Origin: Candidatus Brocadiia bacterium
Lineage (GTDB): Bacteria; Planctomycetota; Brocadiia; SM23-32
Direction of reading: 5' to 3'
DNA length: 12,965 bases
NCBI GenBank assembly: GCA_046538485.1
Contig: JBKHIT010000092.1
Coordinates: 1-12,965, forward strand
Numbering within the stretch: the first letter of the stretch is position 1; every line of letters starts with the position of its first letter. The notes beneath the pieces are model-generated. The model had not been told where the DNA came from. It searched no databases and saw nothing but the letters and a program-made list of their open reading frames with translations. The translations under genes were made by a program, and so were the position numbers. This document shows, piece after piece, positions 1-8,860 of this stretch.

Positions 1-81
1 GTGATGTATAGGCTCGGCTCCGGCCGGAAGTTGCTCCAGCGCCTGCTCCAGCGCCGTAATCCGTTCACTAACAACTATCAC
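1..81 (-). CDS. 5' end of an unidentified gene running off the left edge (partial)
   Basis: GTG at 81-79, preceded by purine-rich GAGGGATAG. The frame stays open to position 1 (MIVVSERITALEQALEQLPAGAEPIHH...). Too short to assign a function. Confidence 0.45.
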   Translation of the reverse strand, partial: MIVVSERITALEQALEQLPAGAEPIHH

Positions 82-99
82 CTATCCCTCGCTGTCCTA

Positions 100-112
100 T
101 GGTCCGACCCCG
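100..112. repeat. REP-like motif copy 1 (TGGTCCGACCCCG)
   Basis: Exact 13-bp match to 696-708; the 11-bp core also occurs at 781-791. Contains the internal palindrome GGTC-C-GACC. Confidence 0.6.
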
Positions 113-151
113 ACTTACTTCTCAGTAACATTGCGTATCCTTGTTTTGGCT

Positions 152-196
152 TTTTTGTCAACTTTATGTCAACCGTCTTTATTATTTTATGTCAAC
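152..196. promoter_or_regulatory. Three 11-bp direct repeats TTT(A/T)TGTCAAC (GTTGACA(T/A)AAA on minus), candidate operator/promoter region
   Basis: Copies at 152-162, 163-173 and 186-196 in AT-rich DNA upstream of the minus-strand gene starting at 81. Each contains a TTGACA hexamer on minus. Confidence 0.5.
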
Positions 197-398
197 AAGG
201 CCATCCCATGCCGGAGAGCTTTCATGCACTGGTCGGATAGAGATTTTAGAGTTAAGGACGGTTAAACCGGAAGAACCATTTTTTTGAGCTCGTCGTGTCA
301 TTGCCTCATCTGCCCCGCAGCATACCACAGATTAATCCTCGCTCAAAGATGGATGCGCCGGCAGGGCTGGCCGGAGATCAGCGACCTGAGGTTGTTGG

Positions 399-586
399 TT
401 TCTCGTTGATCGTTTCTCGTTTTTCGTTCCTCGTCGTCCCGCCGTCGCTGACTTCTGATCTCCGACCTCTGTCCATTGCCCCTGTCTTCGCAACTTCATA
501 GTTTCCCAGCTTCCTATCAGTCCTCTGACCTCTGACTTCTGACGTCTGGTCTCTGATCACCGATAACAGATCACCGATCACCAGTC
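399..586. repeat. Degenerate short tandem repeat region (7-mers and 8-mers)
   Basis: TTTCTCG-like x5 (399-433), CTGACTT-like x4 (448-475), TTCNNANY 8-mers x4 (487-518), and TCTGACC/ACCGATC-like 7-mers x10 (517-586). Confidence 0.8.
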
Positions 587-695
587 CTTTGCCGTCCCCT
601 GCTTAGCGCCATTTTTCAGGAGGTGAAAAACGCGTCTAACGCCGTTATACGCACCCTTTGTTGGGCGTAACTGTTGACTCAACTTGGAGATATCG

Positions 696-708
696 TGGTC
701 CGACCCCG
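696..708. repeat. REP-like motif copy 2 (TGGTCCGACCCCG)
   Basis: Exact direct repeat of 100-112. Confidence 0.6.
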
Positions 709-774
709 TATACCGTCCCAACTATCAACGGCCCTCTGTCCCTGTTTTGTCGCATCCTATTACTGAGACAGACC

Positions 775-798
775 ATCCTGTGGTCCGACCCATAGGAT
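775..798. repeat. REP-like motif copy 3 within a hairpin (ATCCTGTGG-TCCGAC-CCATAGGAT)
   Basis: 9-bp stem with one G-T pair, overlapping the TGGTCCGACCC core. Lies just 3' of the last minus-strand island ORF (stop at 810). Confidence 0.55.
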
Positions 799-809
799 TT
801 CATAATGGA

Positions 810-986
810 TCAATGAAATACCTCTTTCTGCAAACATCTCAAGGACTCCTTAGCTAGTTTTTCAGCCTTTTTTCTCGGGTTTGATACTTCTGAAGACTCC
901 TCTTTACTATAATTCTTGGGTAAATATTTTTTCTGAACTTCCGCAACTGACCGCAATTTTTTTGCGTCTTTCTTCTCTTTCTCCAT
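810..986 (-). CDS. Small basic hypothetical protein (58 aa, MEKEKKDAKKLRSV...)
   Basis: ATG at 986 lies 7 nt after the stop of the 430-aa gene, with AAGGA about 10 nt upstream. AT-rich like its neighbour; Lys/Glu-rich. The longer 1076 start overlaps the upstream gene and is less likely. Confidence 0.5.
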   Translation of the reverse strand: MEKEKKDAKKLRSVAEVQKKYLPKNYSKEESSEVSNPRKKAEKLAKESLRCLQKEVFH

Positions 987-993
987 GATAATT

Positions 994-2286
994 TCATCCT
1001 TGATAATATTTCGCAAGAAAGTGCACGTTCTTCTCTGCTTCAAAATAATGTTTTCTGTCAATCCAAACAAGCCCATCCCCTTTAGAGATTACTGCTACAT
1101 CAATTGGCCCGCCAACAGTCTCCCTATCGGTAGTAAAACGTCTCTTGATGGAAGTTAGATTCACTAAAGCTTCAGCAAGCTCTGCAAGTTGCTCTTTCGG
1201 TAAATTAGCAACTACATTTATTACTGGTCCAATGTGACTTTCCCGCCGATAAGCCTGTGCCCCCTCCTGGTAATTTTGAACCAATTTATCTGTTTGTTTC
1301 TCTAATCTATCAATAAGGTCTTGTTTGTCCTGCTCATCAATTGCGTCAATAGAATCAAGAATCATTTTGGGATAGTCAGATAACAATCTTTGGATGTACT
1401 TATCTATAAAACCCTTAAGTTCTGGATCGATCCCCTCCATAAACGTGTGGATAACATCCTTCTGGGCAAATGGAACGATGCATGCCGTATTTTCAAATTC
1501 CACACCACGTGGTTCCGTAATTTCATAGAACAGCTTTTCATTCGCTAAGAGATACATTCGTAATTCCACAAGTGAGGGAAATAAATCCTTTTCCCCAAAT
1601 CCTGCTACTACAATCCCGGAATTATAATTGAGAACTCCTGCTTTCATAAGTCCTTCTGCCGCAATCTTTTTTAGCCGATTATATGAACGTTGAGATATGG
1701 GCAGTTCCTCGAAAACAGATGTTATCTTTTCTTCTATAAGGTCATGGTAAGTCAATCGAAAACTTCGGACATCGCTTGGATCAACATCATGCAAAAGCGG
1801 CGCAGACTCTACGGTCTCCCAACGAGCACCAACCACATCTGTCACAAGTCGTTTAAGTTTCTGTTCAGAGATAGAACCGTTTTCGTCAATGTAGGTACGA
1901 ATACCACAAATAATCTCTGTTTTAATATCTTCATACAAGGCTGAAATGCGAATCGACGTATGCTTCTTTTGCTGCTGAGAAGGGAAAAATTGATCTTTTG
2001 TTTCACTCAGGTAATTAATGAATTCCTTCGCATATTCTTCGACTGTGGCGCAGCATGTGTCCCCTATTTGCTCTCTGTACTGTTTTATTATAGTTTCCCA
2101 CGGTACGCCCATGAAAGAAGCTTGACTGTAAATCATAATCCCGACAGGAACGTCATAAGAAAGTGAAAACACTTTACTTGCCGAGGGGAATATCTTTTGT
2201 TGTCCTCCACCATAACGGACAGTCACTGCGCTGTCCGCGGCCAATGCAACTGCATGCCGATTCATTATAGCGATTTCTGTTGTCAT
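994..2286 (-). CDS. Hypothetical protein with proteasome-beta/HslV-like (Ntn-hydrolase, T1-type) signature
   Basis: After Met removal: T1-TEIAIMNRHAVALAA-D17-SAVT...K37-VF. Internal GIVVAGFG and C-terminal TVGGPIDVAVISK. These match the Thr1/Asp17/Lys33 and SGGxxDVAVI patterns of 20S beta subunits, with long helical-looking insertions. Confidence 0.7.
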   Translation of the reverse strand: MTTEIAIMNRHAVALAADSAVTVRYGGGQQKIFPSASKVFSLSYDVPVGIMIYSQASFMGVPWETIIKQYREQIGDTCCATVEEYAKEFINYLSETKDQFFPSQQQKKHTSIRISALYEDIKTEIICGIRTYIDENGSISEQKLKRLVTDVVGARWETVESAPLLHDVDPSDVRSFRLTYHDLIEEKITSVFEELPISQRSYNRLKKIAAEGLMKAGVLNYNSGIVVAGFGEKDLFPSLVELRMYLLANEKLFYEITEPRGVEFENTACIVPFAQKDVIHTFMEGIDPELKGFIDKYIQRLLSDYPKMILDSIDAIDEQDKQDLIDRLEKQTDKLVQNYQEGAQAYRRESHIGPVINVVANLPKEQLAELAEALVNLTSIKRRFTTDRETVGGPIDVAVISKGDGLVWIDRKHYFEAEKNVHFLAKYYQG

Positions 2287-2456
2287 TATTCTATTATCCC
2301 ATATCCCTTGAGGTTGACATCTCCAATTTAGCTAGCATGCGTCAATTTACATAATCTTTCTTGAGGCCGCAACCACTCTCTTAACATGACGCCACTGCGA
2401 CCACACCCCACTAAGGGGGACTATAACAATAATCGTAATTGTGAAATGGTTTTGGC

Positions 2457-4235
2457 TTACAGGCCGTTCCCTTCCGACCAATCGAAGGACTCACCTACTC
2501 GATCTTCTATTTCTTGTTGAATTGCCGCCTTGCGAGCACTCAAAAACGCCTCATAATCATTTTCAAGCATGGCCTTGAAACCGGCCTCATTGATTAGATG
2601 CTCTTTAAGGAGCCTCTTCACACCCTGCTTCCCGTCGGTATGCTCCTCAATCATCTGCGGCACATATTCACCCGGCAACTGGTCTCTATATTTGAATCGG
2701 TTTACTTTAGCCTCGATTACAGTACGATTGAGCACATTATCCCTTGCTGTTCTGTCTTCATATTTTTTGCCGTTGATCCCTTTCTTGAGTTGAGAAGCGG
2801 GGAATATATGGTGGTCATCAGCCTTGTGGAGGCTTATGCTTTCAAGAGTTCCAAAATCCCTCGCCCCAGCAAGCAACAAAAGACTCATGACCGCTCTATA
2901 CTTTCCTCCACGGTACACGGACTTGAGGTCCAGTTCGACCGGTATTCGGTTTAGTCCTTCGGAAATGGAATTAGGAGGATCGCCACCATTAAGCCAAGAC
3001 GTCAACTGCTTCATGTCTTGGTAAAGCTTCGTATCGGAACTCCCACTGTATCGAGCTGAAAACACCGATATCCAATACCACTTGTAAACTTTTTTCAGCG
3101 CCTCTCCGTCCGGGAAGCTGCCATTTGTTTCGGCATGATGGATCATGTTGGCCAACGTCGGAATCAGAGCCGTGTATGGGAAACCAAATTTCCGGCTAAC
3201 CCCTAAACCGCCAGCCTGGGGTGATACCGCTTTTTCCAGCATACGATCCATCATGCCGGCGGTATTCTCCCAGTCCTCTGCAAAACTTTCCGGGGCAAGT
3301 TGGCGGAGATTTCTATCTTTACACTCGCCCCCTCGATGTAAAGCAAGCGTTTTCAACATCAGCTCACGAAGCCTGGTTTCTCCTATCATGTCGGAGCAGG
3401 TGGCGAGACGGGGATAGTCTTCGTCGTCAATAATGTCCTCCCACAAATCCCTCAGACGAATATCCCGGGTCCATAGTCGGGCTGTTAATATGTCAAAAAC
3501 TCCCAGTTCAAGGCCTTGTGTATTTATCCTTTCAAAAGTCTGAACGACCTTGTCTTCCGGAGTGTCGGCATTCAATTGAATGACCGGTATTTTGTAACTG
3601 CGGAATACTTCTGTGTTGTCCTCAAACAAATCAACGTCATCTTTGGACAAGTCCGCACGGGATTCAGCAAGGGCTTCCATCCCTCGTCTCCAATCTTTGA
3701 AAATGTCCTTGCTTTTAAAAATGGTAAATGGAATAAGCCCTTTTTTGATTTGGAATGCCAGGTCGTTATCGATCAGTCTTTGGCTGGATTTCCAGTTCCA
3801 GCGCCGCCACGATATGGCATCTTCGTCAAGGTCCCCAGCCAAAACTTTTTCCCAATCAAGACAAAACAGTTGAGCATACTTCGTATTAGCAAGTGGGATT
3901 TCCGGGGCGGTAACCGCATAATAGATACTTGAAATCCGTTGCTGCCCATCCAAAATCATCTGCATACTAAACGGATCCACACCTTGAGTTGGTGCTCCGT
4001 CCACCTGCCTTGGGGGGAATGGAGATTCGGTGGTTTCCCCTGTCACAACCGGAAGGGAGAGAAGTGTGTTGATGTAATAACCATTAAGAATGCTCTCCAG
4101 CAACTTGCCCACCTGATGCGTCGGCCAAACAAAATCCCTCTGAAAATCAGGAAGCACTATCTCGCCGTCCTCAATTTGCTGTATCAACGATTGAACGTCC
4201 ACTTGCTTGAGTCCCACTTCTAATTGGAGCGGCAT
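2457..4235 (-). CDS. GmrSD-family (DUF262 + C-terminal HNH/DUF1524-like) putative modification-dependent restriction endonuclease
   Basis: DUF262 motifs LPDFQRDFVW, ILDGQQR and FERINTQG; C-terminal DDHHIFP...DNVLNR. AAAGGA Shine-Dalgarno 7 nt before the ATG at 4235, preferred over the TTG at 4241. Confidence 0.88.
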   Translation of the reverse strand: MPLQLEVGLKQVDVQSLIQQIEDGEIVLPDFQRDFVWPTHQVGKLLESILNGYYINTLLSLPVVTGETTESPFPPRQVDGAPTQGVDPFSMQMILDGQQRISSIYYAVTAPEIPLANTKYAQLFCLDWEKVLAGDLDEDAISWRRWNWKSSQRLIDNDLAFQIKKGLIPFTIFKSKDIFKDWRRGMEALAESRADLSKDDVDLFEDNTEVFRSYKIPVIQLNADTPEDKVVQTFERINTQGLELGVFDILTARLWTRDIRLRDLWEDIIDDEDYPRLATCSDMIGETRLRELMLKTLALHRGGECKDRNLRQLAPESFAEDWENTAGMMDRMLEKAVSPQAGGLGVSRKFGFPYTALIPTLANMIHHAETNGSFPDGEALKKVYKWYWISVFSARYSGSSDTKLYQDMKQLTSWLNGGDPPNSISEGLNRIPVELDLKSVYRGGKYRAVMSLLLLAGARDFGTLESISLHKADDHHIFPASQLKKGINGKKYEDRTARDNVLNRTVIEAKVNRFKYRDQLPGEYVPQMIEEHTDGKQGVKRLLKEHLINEAGFKAMLENDYEAFLSARKAAIQQEIEDRVGESFDWSEGNGL

Positions 4236-4311
4236 TGTCAATTCCTTTCTGAATTACCAAATACGGTCAAATGTAACAAAAGACAAGGAGGATGTACTTC
4301 CCTTCATTGCT

Positions 4312-7300
4312 TCACCCAACCCGCCTCTCACACAACACCTCCGCCTGTTTGAGCACGGTTGTCGTGGCTGCTTCGCGTTTGTCCGGGGGATAACCGTATT
4401 TTCGGAGAATGTTCTTCACCAGGATCCGCATCTGGGCGCGTGTGCTGTCACGCAATGCCCAGTCAATCGTCGTGTTGCGATGCACGGCTTCCACCAGCTC
4501 GTTGGCTATGTCTCTCAGAGTGTCATCACCAAGGACTTCGACGGCACTTTCGTTCTCCGCCAGTGCATCGTAGAAGGCGATTTCTTCATCGGATAATCCC
4601 AAATCTTCGCCCCGCTCACGTGCTTTGCGCATCTCTTTAGCCATCTCGATCAACTCTTCAACAACCTGAGCCGCTTCGATGCTGCGGTTCTTATACTTGC
4701 GGATCGTGCTCTCCAGCATCTCGGAGAATGAACGGGCTTTGACCACGTTCGTTTTCCGGGTCTCTTTAATCTCGTCGGATAGGAGTTTTTCCAGCAGCTC
4801 CACGGCCAGGTTCTTCTGCTCCATCCCCTTTACTTCCATCAAAAACTCGTCCGAGATGATGGATATGTTCGGCTTCTCAAGCCCCACCGCTCCGAATATA
4901 TCGGTGACCTCGGTGCTGGCAATGGCTTTCGATACCAACTGACGCAAGGCTGTATCGATCTCTTGCCGTTCGGCCTGTTCGTCTCCAGCGGTATTCTTTT
5001 TGATGACCGTCGATACTTCCTGAAAGAATTTCAACTCATCCCGCACCTCGTCGGCCTCCTCGCACGGCACTGCAAGAGCAAAAGCCTTTGAGAAGTCACG
5101 CACCGCGGAATAGAACCTCTCCTTCCCGTTTTCCAGCCCGGAGAGAAAATCGATGGTCTCGCCAATAGCGCGCAGACGTTTCTCGTCCTGGGTATGTAGA
5201 TATTCCCTGTAATCGAACCCATGCAGGATGCCACGAATAATATCATGCGCCTCCAGCATGGCTTTAACGGCCTTTTCCTGATCGACCGCTGGCTGCCCGC
5301 GGCCCCCGCTGTTGGTGTAGTTTTGGAGCGCCTTTTTCAGCGGCTGAGCCATACCGATGTAATCCACGACACGGCCCGCGGGTTTGTCCTTGAACACCCG
5401 ATTCACCCGCGCAATCGCCTGCATCAGCGTATGTCCTTTCATGGGTTTATCCACATACATCGTATGCAAACACGGGCAGTCGAACCCCGTAAGCCACATA
5501 TCACACACAATAACCACTTTGAGCGGGTCATCGGGATCTTTAAACCGCCTGGCGGCCTGTTCCCTTTCTCCTTTGCTCAACAAATATTTCTGCCATTCTT
5601 CAGGATCGTCCGCGCTTCCGGACATAACAACTTTGATCTCTCCATCATTAATGTCCGGCGCAAACCACTGCGGACGAAGACGACGTATCTGCTCGGCCAG
5701 GTCCACACACACGCGTCGGCTCATCCCCACAATCATCGCCTTACCTTCCAGCACCTCCAGCCGGTCCTCAAAATGCTCCACGAAGTCCGACGCCAACAAC
5801 TCCAATCGTTCTTCGGCCCCCACCACCGCTTCCATCTGCGTCCATCGCGTTTTCGCCCGCTGGCGCTCGCGTTCCAGCTCGGTTTCCCCCAGCACCTCCT
5901 CCACTTCCTCGTCGATGTATTCCTGAATTTCCTCCTCAAGCTCAACACCTATGATCCGCCCCTCGTAGTAGATGGGCACCGTTGCCTCGTCCTCCACCGC
6001 CCGCTGAATATCGTAAGTATCGATGTATTCACCAAACACCGATCGGGTGTTACGATCCTCCAGTTCAATGGGCGTTCCCGTGAAACCCACGAACGAGGCG
6101 TTTGGTAATGCGTCGCGCATGTGGCGGGCCAGACCATCGATAAATCCGTACTGGCTACGGTGCGCTTCATCGGCTATCACCACGACGTTACTGCGCTCCG
6201 AGAGCAGCGGATGTTCGACTTCCCCGTCCATCGGGAAAAACTTCTGGATGGTGGTAAAAACCACCCCGCCACCGGCCACCTGCAGGCATTCTCGCAGATG
6301 CTCCCGGCTCTCCGCCTGCACCGGCGTTTGACGCAACAAATCACTGCAGCGTGAAAAGGTGCCAAAAAGCTGATCGTCCAGATCGTTACGGTCGGTGATC
6401 ACCACCAGTGTGGGGTTTTCCATGGCGGGATGCCGTATGATTTTACCGGCGTAAAAGACCATTGACAGGCTTTTACCACTGCCCTGCGTGTGCCAGATCA
6501 CCCCGATACGCTGGTCTCCAAAATCCTCCCGCCCCGGATCATAGGTCGCTTCATCATCCTTGATCTTCAGCGGGTTTTTCTCATCCATCTTCGGGAACGG
6601 CCCCTCGGCCTCAGGATCGCCATCGATCCCGCATGCCTGCAGGGTGCATCCCACGGCCTTATTGACGGCAAAATACTGATGGTAGAGCGCAAGTTTTTTG
6701 GACAGTTGCACGCCGTTGTCCTCAAAAACCATGAAGTTGCGCACCAGGTCGATAAACCGGGGTTTTCGGAAGACGGCTTTCACGAGCACTTCCAGTTCCA
6801 GGAGTCCGGGCGGAGCCACGTTCATACCGTCGAGCGATCGCCACCGTTTCATCCATTCCCACGGGCTGGTGAGGGTGCCCAGACGGGCATTATAGCCGTC
6901 GGCGATGACGAGCAGTTCGTTGAATCGAAACAGATCGGGAACGCTGTCTTCATAATTGTGGAGCTGGCGATACGCGTTGTGGATATTCGCGTTTTCGGAG
7001 GCCGGATTTTTCAGTTCAAATATCGCCAGCGGCATCCCATTGACGAAAACGACGATATCGGCCCGGCGTGTCTGGCGATTGCCCTGCACGGTGAACTGGT
7101 TGACGACCATCCATTCGTTCGCGTCCGGATCATTCGTCTCCAGGAGGTGCGCGGTCTCATAATCAACCCCCCCGTCGTCAGCCTCGCATTCAACGGTCAC
7201 CCCATCGGTCAGCAAACGGTGGAAGCCGCGGTTATCCTGGGTGAGATCCGGGCTCTCACTTTCCTCGACTTTCCGGACGACGCGGTTCACCGCATCGGGG

Positions 7301-7491
7301 CTCAACTCCGGGTTGATCCGCCGCACGGCATCGCGCAATCGGTCCGACAACACCACCTGCCGATAGTTATCCCGCGCCGGCCGGTTTCCATCGGGACTGA
7401 TATCCGGCCCATGCACGACTTCATATCCCAGACCACGGAACCAGTCGAGGGCGGTTTGTTCAATTGTGCTCTCTTTGGTACCGGTATTCAT
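4312..7491 (-). CDS. hsdR: Type I restriction enzyme, restriction subunit R
   Basis: 1059 aa. Nuclease motif ADIVVFVNG...FELK, Walker [38 protein letters not shown] and the typical C-terminal ...IDW...YGYPPD region. Confidence 0.97.
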   Translation of the reverse strand: MNTGTKESTIEQTALDWFRGLGYEVVHGPDISPDGNRPARDNYRQVVLSDRLRDAVRRINPELSPDAVNRVVRKVEESESPDLTQDNRGFHRLLTDGVTVECEADDGGVDYETAHLLETNDPDANEWMVVNQFTVQGNRQTRRADIVVFVNGMPLAIFELKNPASENANIHNAYRQLHNYEDSVPDLFRFNELLVIADGYNARLGTLTSPWEWMKRWRSLDGMNVAPPGLLELEVLVKAVFRKPRFIDLVRNFMVFEDNGVQLSKKLALYHQYFAVNKAVGCTLQACGIDGDPEAEGPFPKMDEKNPLKIKDDEATYDPGREDFGDQRIGVIWHTQGSGKSLSMVFYAGKIIRHPAMENPTLVVITDRNDLDDQLFGTFSRCSDLLRQTPVQAESREHLRECLQVAGGGVVFTTIQKFFPMDGEVEHPLLSERSNVVVIADEAHRSQYGFIDGLARHMRDALPNASFVGFTGTPIELEDRNTRSVFGEYIDTYDIQRAVEDEATVPIYYEGRIIGVELEEEIQEYIDEEVEEVLGETELERERQRAKTRWTQMEAVVGAEERLELLASDFVEHFEDRLEVLEGKAMIVGMSRRVCVDLAEQIRRLRPQWFAPDINDGEIKVVMSGSADDPEEWQKYLLSKGEREQAARRFKDPDDPLKVVIVCDMWLTGFDCPCLHTMYVDKPMKGHTLMQAIARVNRVFKDKPAGRVVDYIGMAQPLKKALQNYTNSGGRGQPAVDQEKAVKAMLEAHDIIRGILHGFDYREYLHTQDEKRLRAIGETIDFLSGLENGKERFYSAVRDFSKAFALAVPCEEADEVRDELKFFQEVSTVIKKNTAGDEQAERQEIDTALRQLVSKAIASTEVTDIFGAVGLEKPNISIISDEFLMEVKGMEQKNLAVELLEKLLSDEIKETRKTNVVKARSFSEMLESTIRKYKNRSIEAAQVVEELIEMAKEMRKARERGEDLGLSDEEIAFYDALAENESAVEVLGDDTLRDIANELVEAVHRNTTIDWALRDSTRAQMRILVKNILRKYGYPPDKREAATTTVLKQAEVLCERRVG

Positions 7492-7524
7492 CTGGATATT
7501 CCCGCTTTTTTCATTTTTTCTCCC

Positions 7525-7552
7525 TTGACAAGTGCGCTATAACTCTCATAAT
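7525..7552 (+). promoter_or_regulatory. Sigma70-like promoter pointing away from hsdR, towards the structured RNA
   Basis: Perfect TTGACA (7525-7530), 16-nt spacer, CATAAT (7547-7552). No credible plus-strand protein gene follows. Confidence 0.5.
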
Positions 7553-7557
7553 AGAAT

Positions 7558-7626
7558 TAGCTCATCCGCCATGCGCGGAAGGAGTATCGACGCCGTTTCT
7601 CTTTTCAGAGGAGCGGCGTCAGTGAT
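7558..7626 (+). ncRNA. Candidate structured small RNA (DUF3800-associated RNA-like)
   Basis: Hairpin TCCGC-CATGC-GCGGA (7565-7579) and 14-bp stem GACGCCGTTTCTCT-TTTC-AGAGGAGCGGCGTC (7589-7620). Its two non-Watson-Crick positions are U-G wobbles only on the plus strand. Immediately downstream of a promoter and adjacent to a DUF3800 gene pair. Ends are approximate. Confidence 0.55.
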
Positions 7627-8100
7627 TTAAGGGGATCTGTCACGGTCTTTCCGCAGTTTTCGACATGTGTGCTTGCGGTTGGTTGGGTAAGCAGTAATAA
7701 AAAAATAGTAGTCTCCTCTGTCGCCCAAAACGACCAGATATTGTTCGCCATACCATACACAAAAACGTTCTTCCCCACGTCGCTGTGTCCGCCAAACTGC
7801 GACCCTTGGATCATCTGCGTGTTCCAATACTGCCCGTGGCCAAGCGATTCTTTCACACCGTCTCATATCGGGTTTGCGTTCTTCGTCTTCCTTCTGCTGA
7901 ATTATGTGCCAGAAAGCAGGCTCCTTCCCATCGTCCAAAGGCCCCGTTTGGCATGCCACATCCGCTCCGCGAAACTGAGGACGGGAATGTATGAAATCCC
8001 TTTTGAATACATCGTAGAGTGCCTCGACGTATGCTGGCCAGTTCCCACCATAGTCATCGAAATGGATCTGATCCGGTAACCAATCTGGGCGTTCAGTCAT
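7627..8100 (-). CDS. Conserved-looking hypothetical partner of DUF3800; putative BECR-fold (RelE/barnase-like) RNase
   Basis: 157 aa, overlaps the DUF3800 stop by 8 nt. FWHII...RRCERIAW helical region, then beta-meander YLVVL...YFFITAYP and a basic tail. The fold call is inference. Confidence 0.7.
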   Translation of the reverse strand: MTERPDWLPDQIHFDDYGGNWPAYVEALYDVFKRDFIHSRPQFRGADVACQTGPLDDGKEPAFWHIIQQKEDEERKPDMRRCERIAWPRAVLEHADDPRVAVWRTQRRGEERFCVWYGEQYLVVLGDRGDYYFFITAYPTNRKHTCRKLRKDRDRSP

Positions 8101-8860
8101 AGTTGCGCGCCCCCGGTTCCCATCGCAACAGGTTGACCTTCGGCTCCCGCAGCCAAGTCGATTGTGTCAAATTCTTCCCTGATCTTTTCTGAATCCTCTG
8201 CACAACGGCCACTTTACCGGAGTTCGGCTCCTGTTGCCGATCAGCTAGATCTCCCCAGCACATACGGTTATGATAACCGACTGCGCCCATGAGCAGGTCC
8301 GTCAGTTGCATCAACTCACTCTCGTCGGAGCGAATTTGCTGTAATCGGTGTATGATCGTGCCCACCCGATCATATTGGCTGTTCCGCAGCACATCCTGCA
8401 ATTTCTGCCGCTTTTCTTCGCTCCGAGTATCCTTGATGTCGAGATAAATGTTGTAGCGATGTCTCGGGTCAATAACCGGCTCCAACAATGTGAACAACAT
8501 CTTGTAGTACCAGGTGTCGTGTGTCTGTCGAAACACCTCGTGATCGAGAGCCTGCTTATCGATGATGACTCCACGGAAATGCAGGTCGTCATCATCAAAA
8601 AAATAGTCCACCAGCGCAAGATAAAAGCCCTTTTTGGACTCAGACACCTTCGACCACTTACTCTCGAACGGAACGCCCTCTTCAGGTTGAAGGTCCTCAG
8701 GCTTCAGCAGGCCATACTGCATTTTCAGTTCCCGAACCCTTTCCGACACTTCCCGTACGCAATCAAGCGGACACCACACCGCACCAAGAACCATGACGGG
8801 AATGCCATCATTCTCCAAATGACAGCTCTCATCACAATAGATATTGTAGAGTTCAGCCAT
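8093..8860 (-). CDS. DUF3800 family protein (RNase H-like fold)
   Basis: N-terminal YNIYCDESCHL, ESKW, IYLD, and C-terminal S..SELMQLTDLLMGAV, which are hallmark DUF3800 acidic motifs. Start is ATG 8860 or GTG 8863. Confidence 0.88.
   Translation of the reverse strand: MAELYNIYCDESCHLENDGIPVMVLGAVWCPLDCVREVSERVRELKMQYGLLKPEDLQPEEGVPFESKWSKVSESKKGFYLALVDYFFDDDDLHFRGVIIDKQALDHEVFRQTHDTWYYKMLFTLLEPVIDPRHRYNIYLDIKDTRSEEKRQKLQDVLRNSQYDRVGTIIHRLQQIRSDESELMQLTDLLMGAVGYHNRMCWGDLADRQQEPNSGKVAVVQRIQKRSGKNLTQSTWLREPKVNLLRWEPGARNYD

Noticed and set aside
295..581. ORFs 295-501 (+) and 378-581 (-)
   Set aside because: They are translations of the heptamer repeat tracts and are low in complexity.
612..630. 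Hairpin TTTTTCA-GGAGG-TGAAAAA as a terminator
   Set aside because: The stem is AT-rich and weak and lies about 180 nt from the nearest gene end, which is insufficient support.
634..666. attC-like ends GTCTAAC ... GTTGGGC
   Set aside because: Only 33 bp end to end, too short for an attC site. There are no L boxes, no similar sites between the other genes and no integrase.
100..791. Possible CRISPR array from the repeated TGGTCCGACCC
   Set aside because: Repeats are only 11-13 bp, spacing is irregular (596 and 85 bp), and there are no cas genes.
6510..6630. Acidic/proline-rich insertion in HsdR before Walker A (possible intein)
   Set aside because: Only about 35 aa with no intein terminal motifs; a variable loop here is common in this HsdR subfamily.
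5221..7542. Long plus-strand ORFs (295, 180 and 350 aa) opposite hsdR
   Set aside because: Antisense shadows of a GC-rich, codon-biased gene with no recognisable motifs, while hsdR is intact on minus.
7589..7620. Intrinsic terminator for the minus-strand DUF3800 pair
   Set aside because: On minus the stem has two A-C mismatches and is followed by GATACTCC rather than a U-tract. It is better explained as a plus-strand RNA structure.
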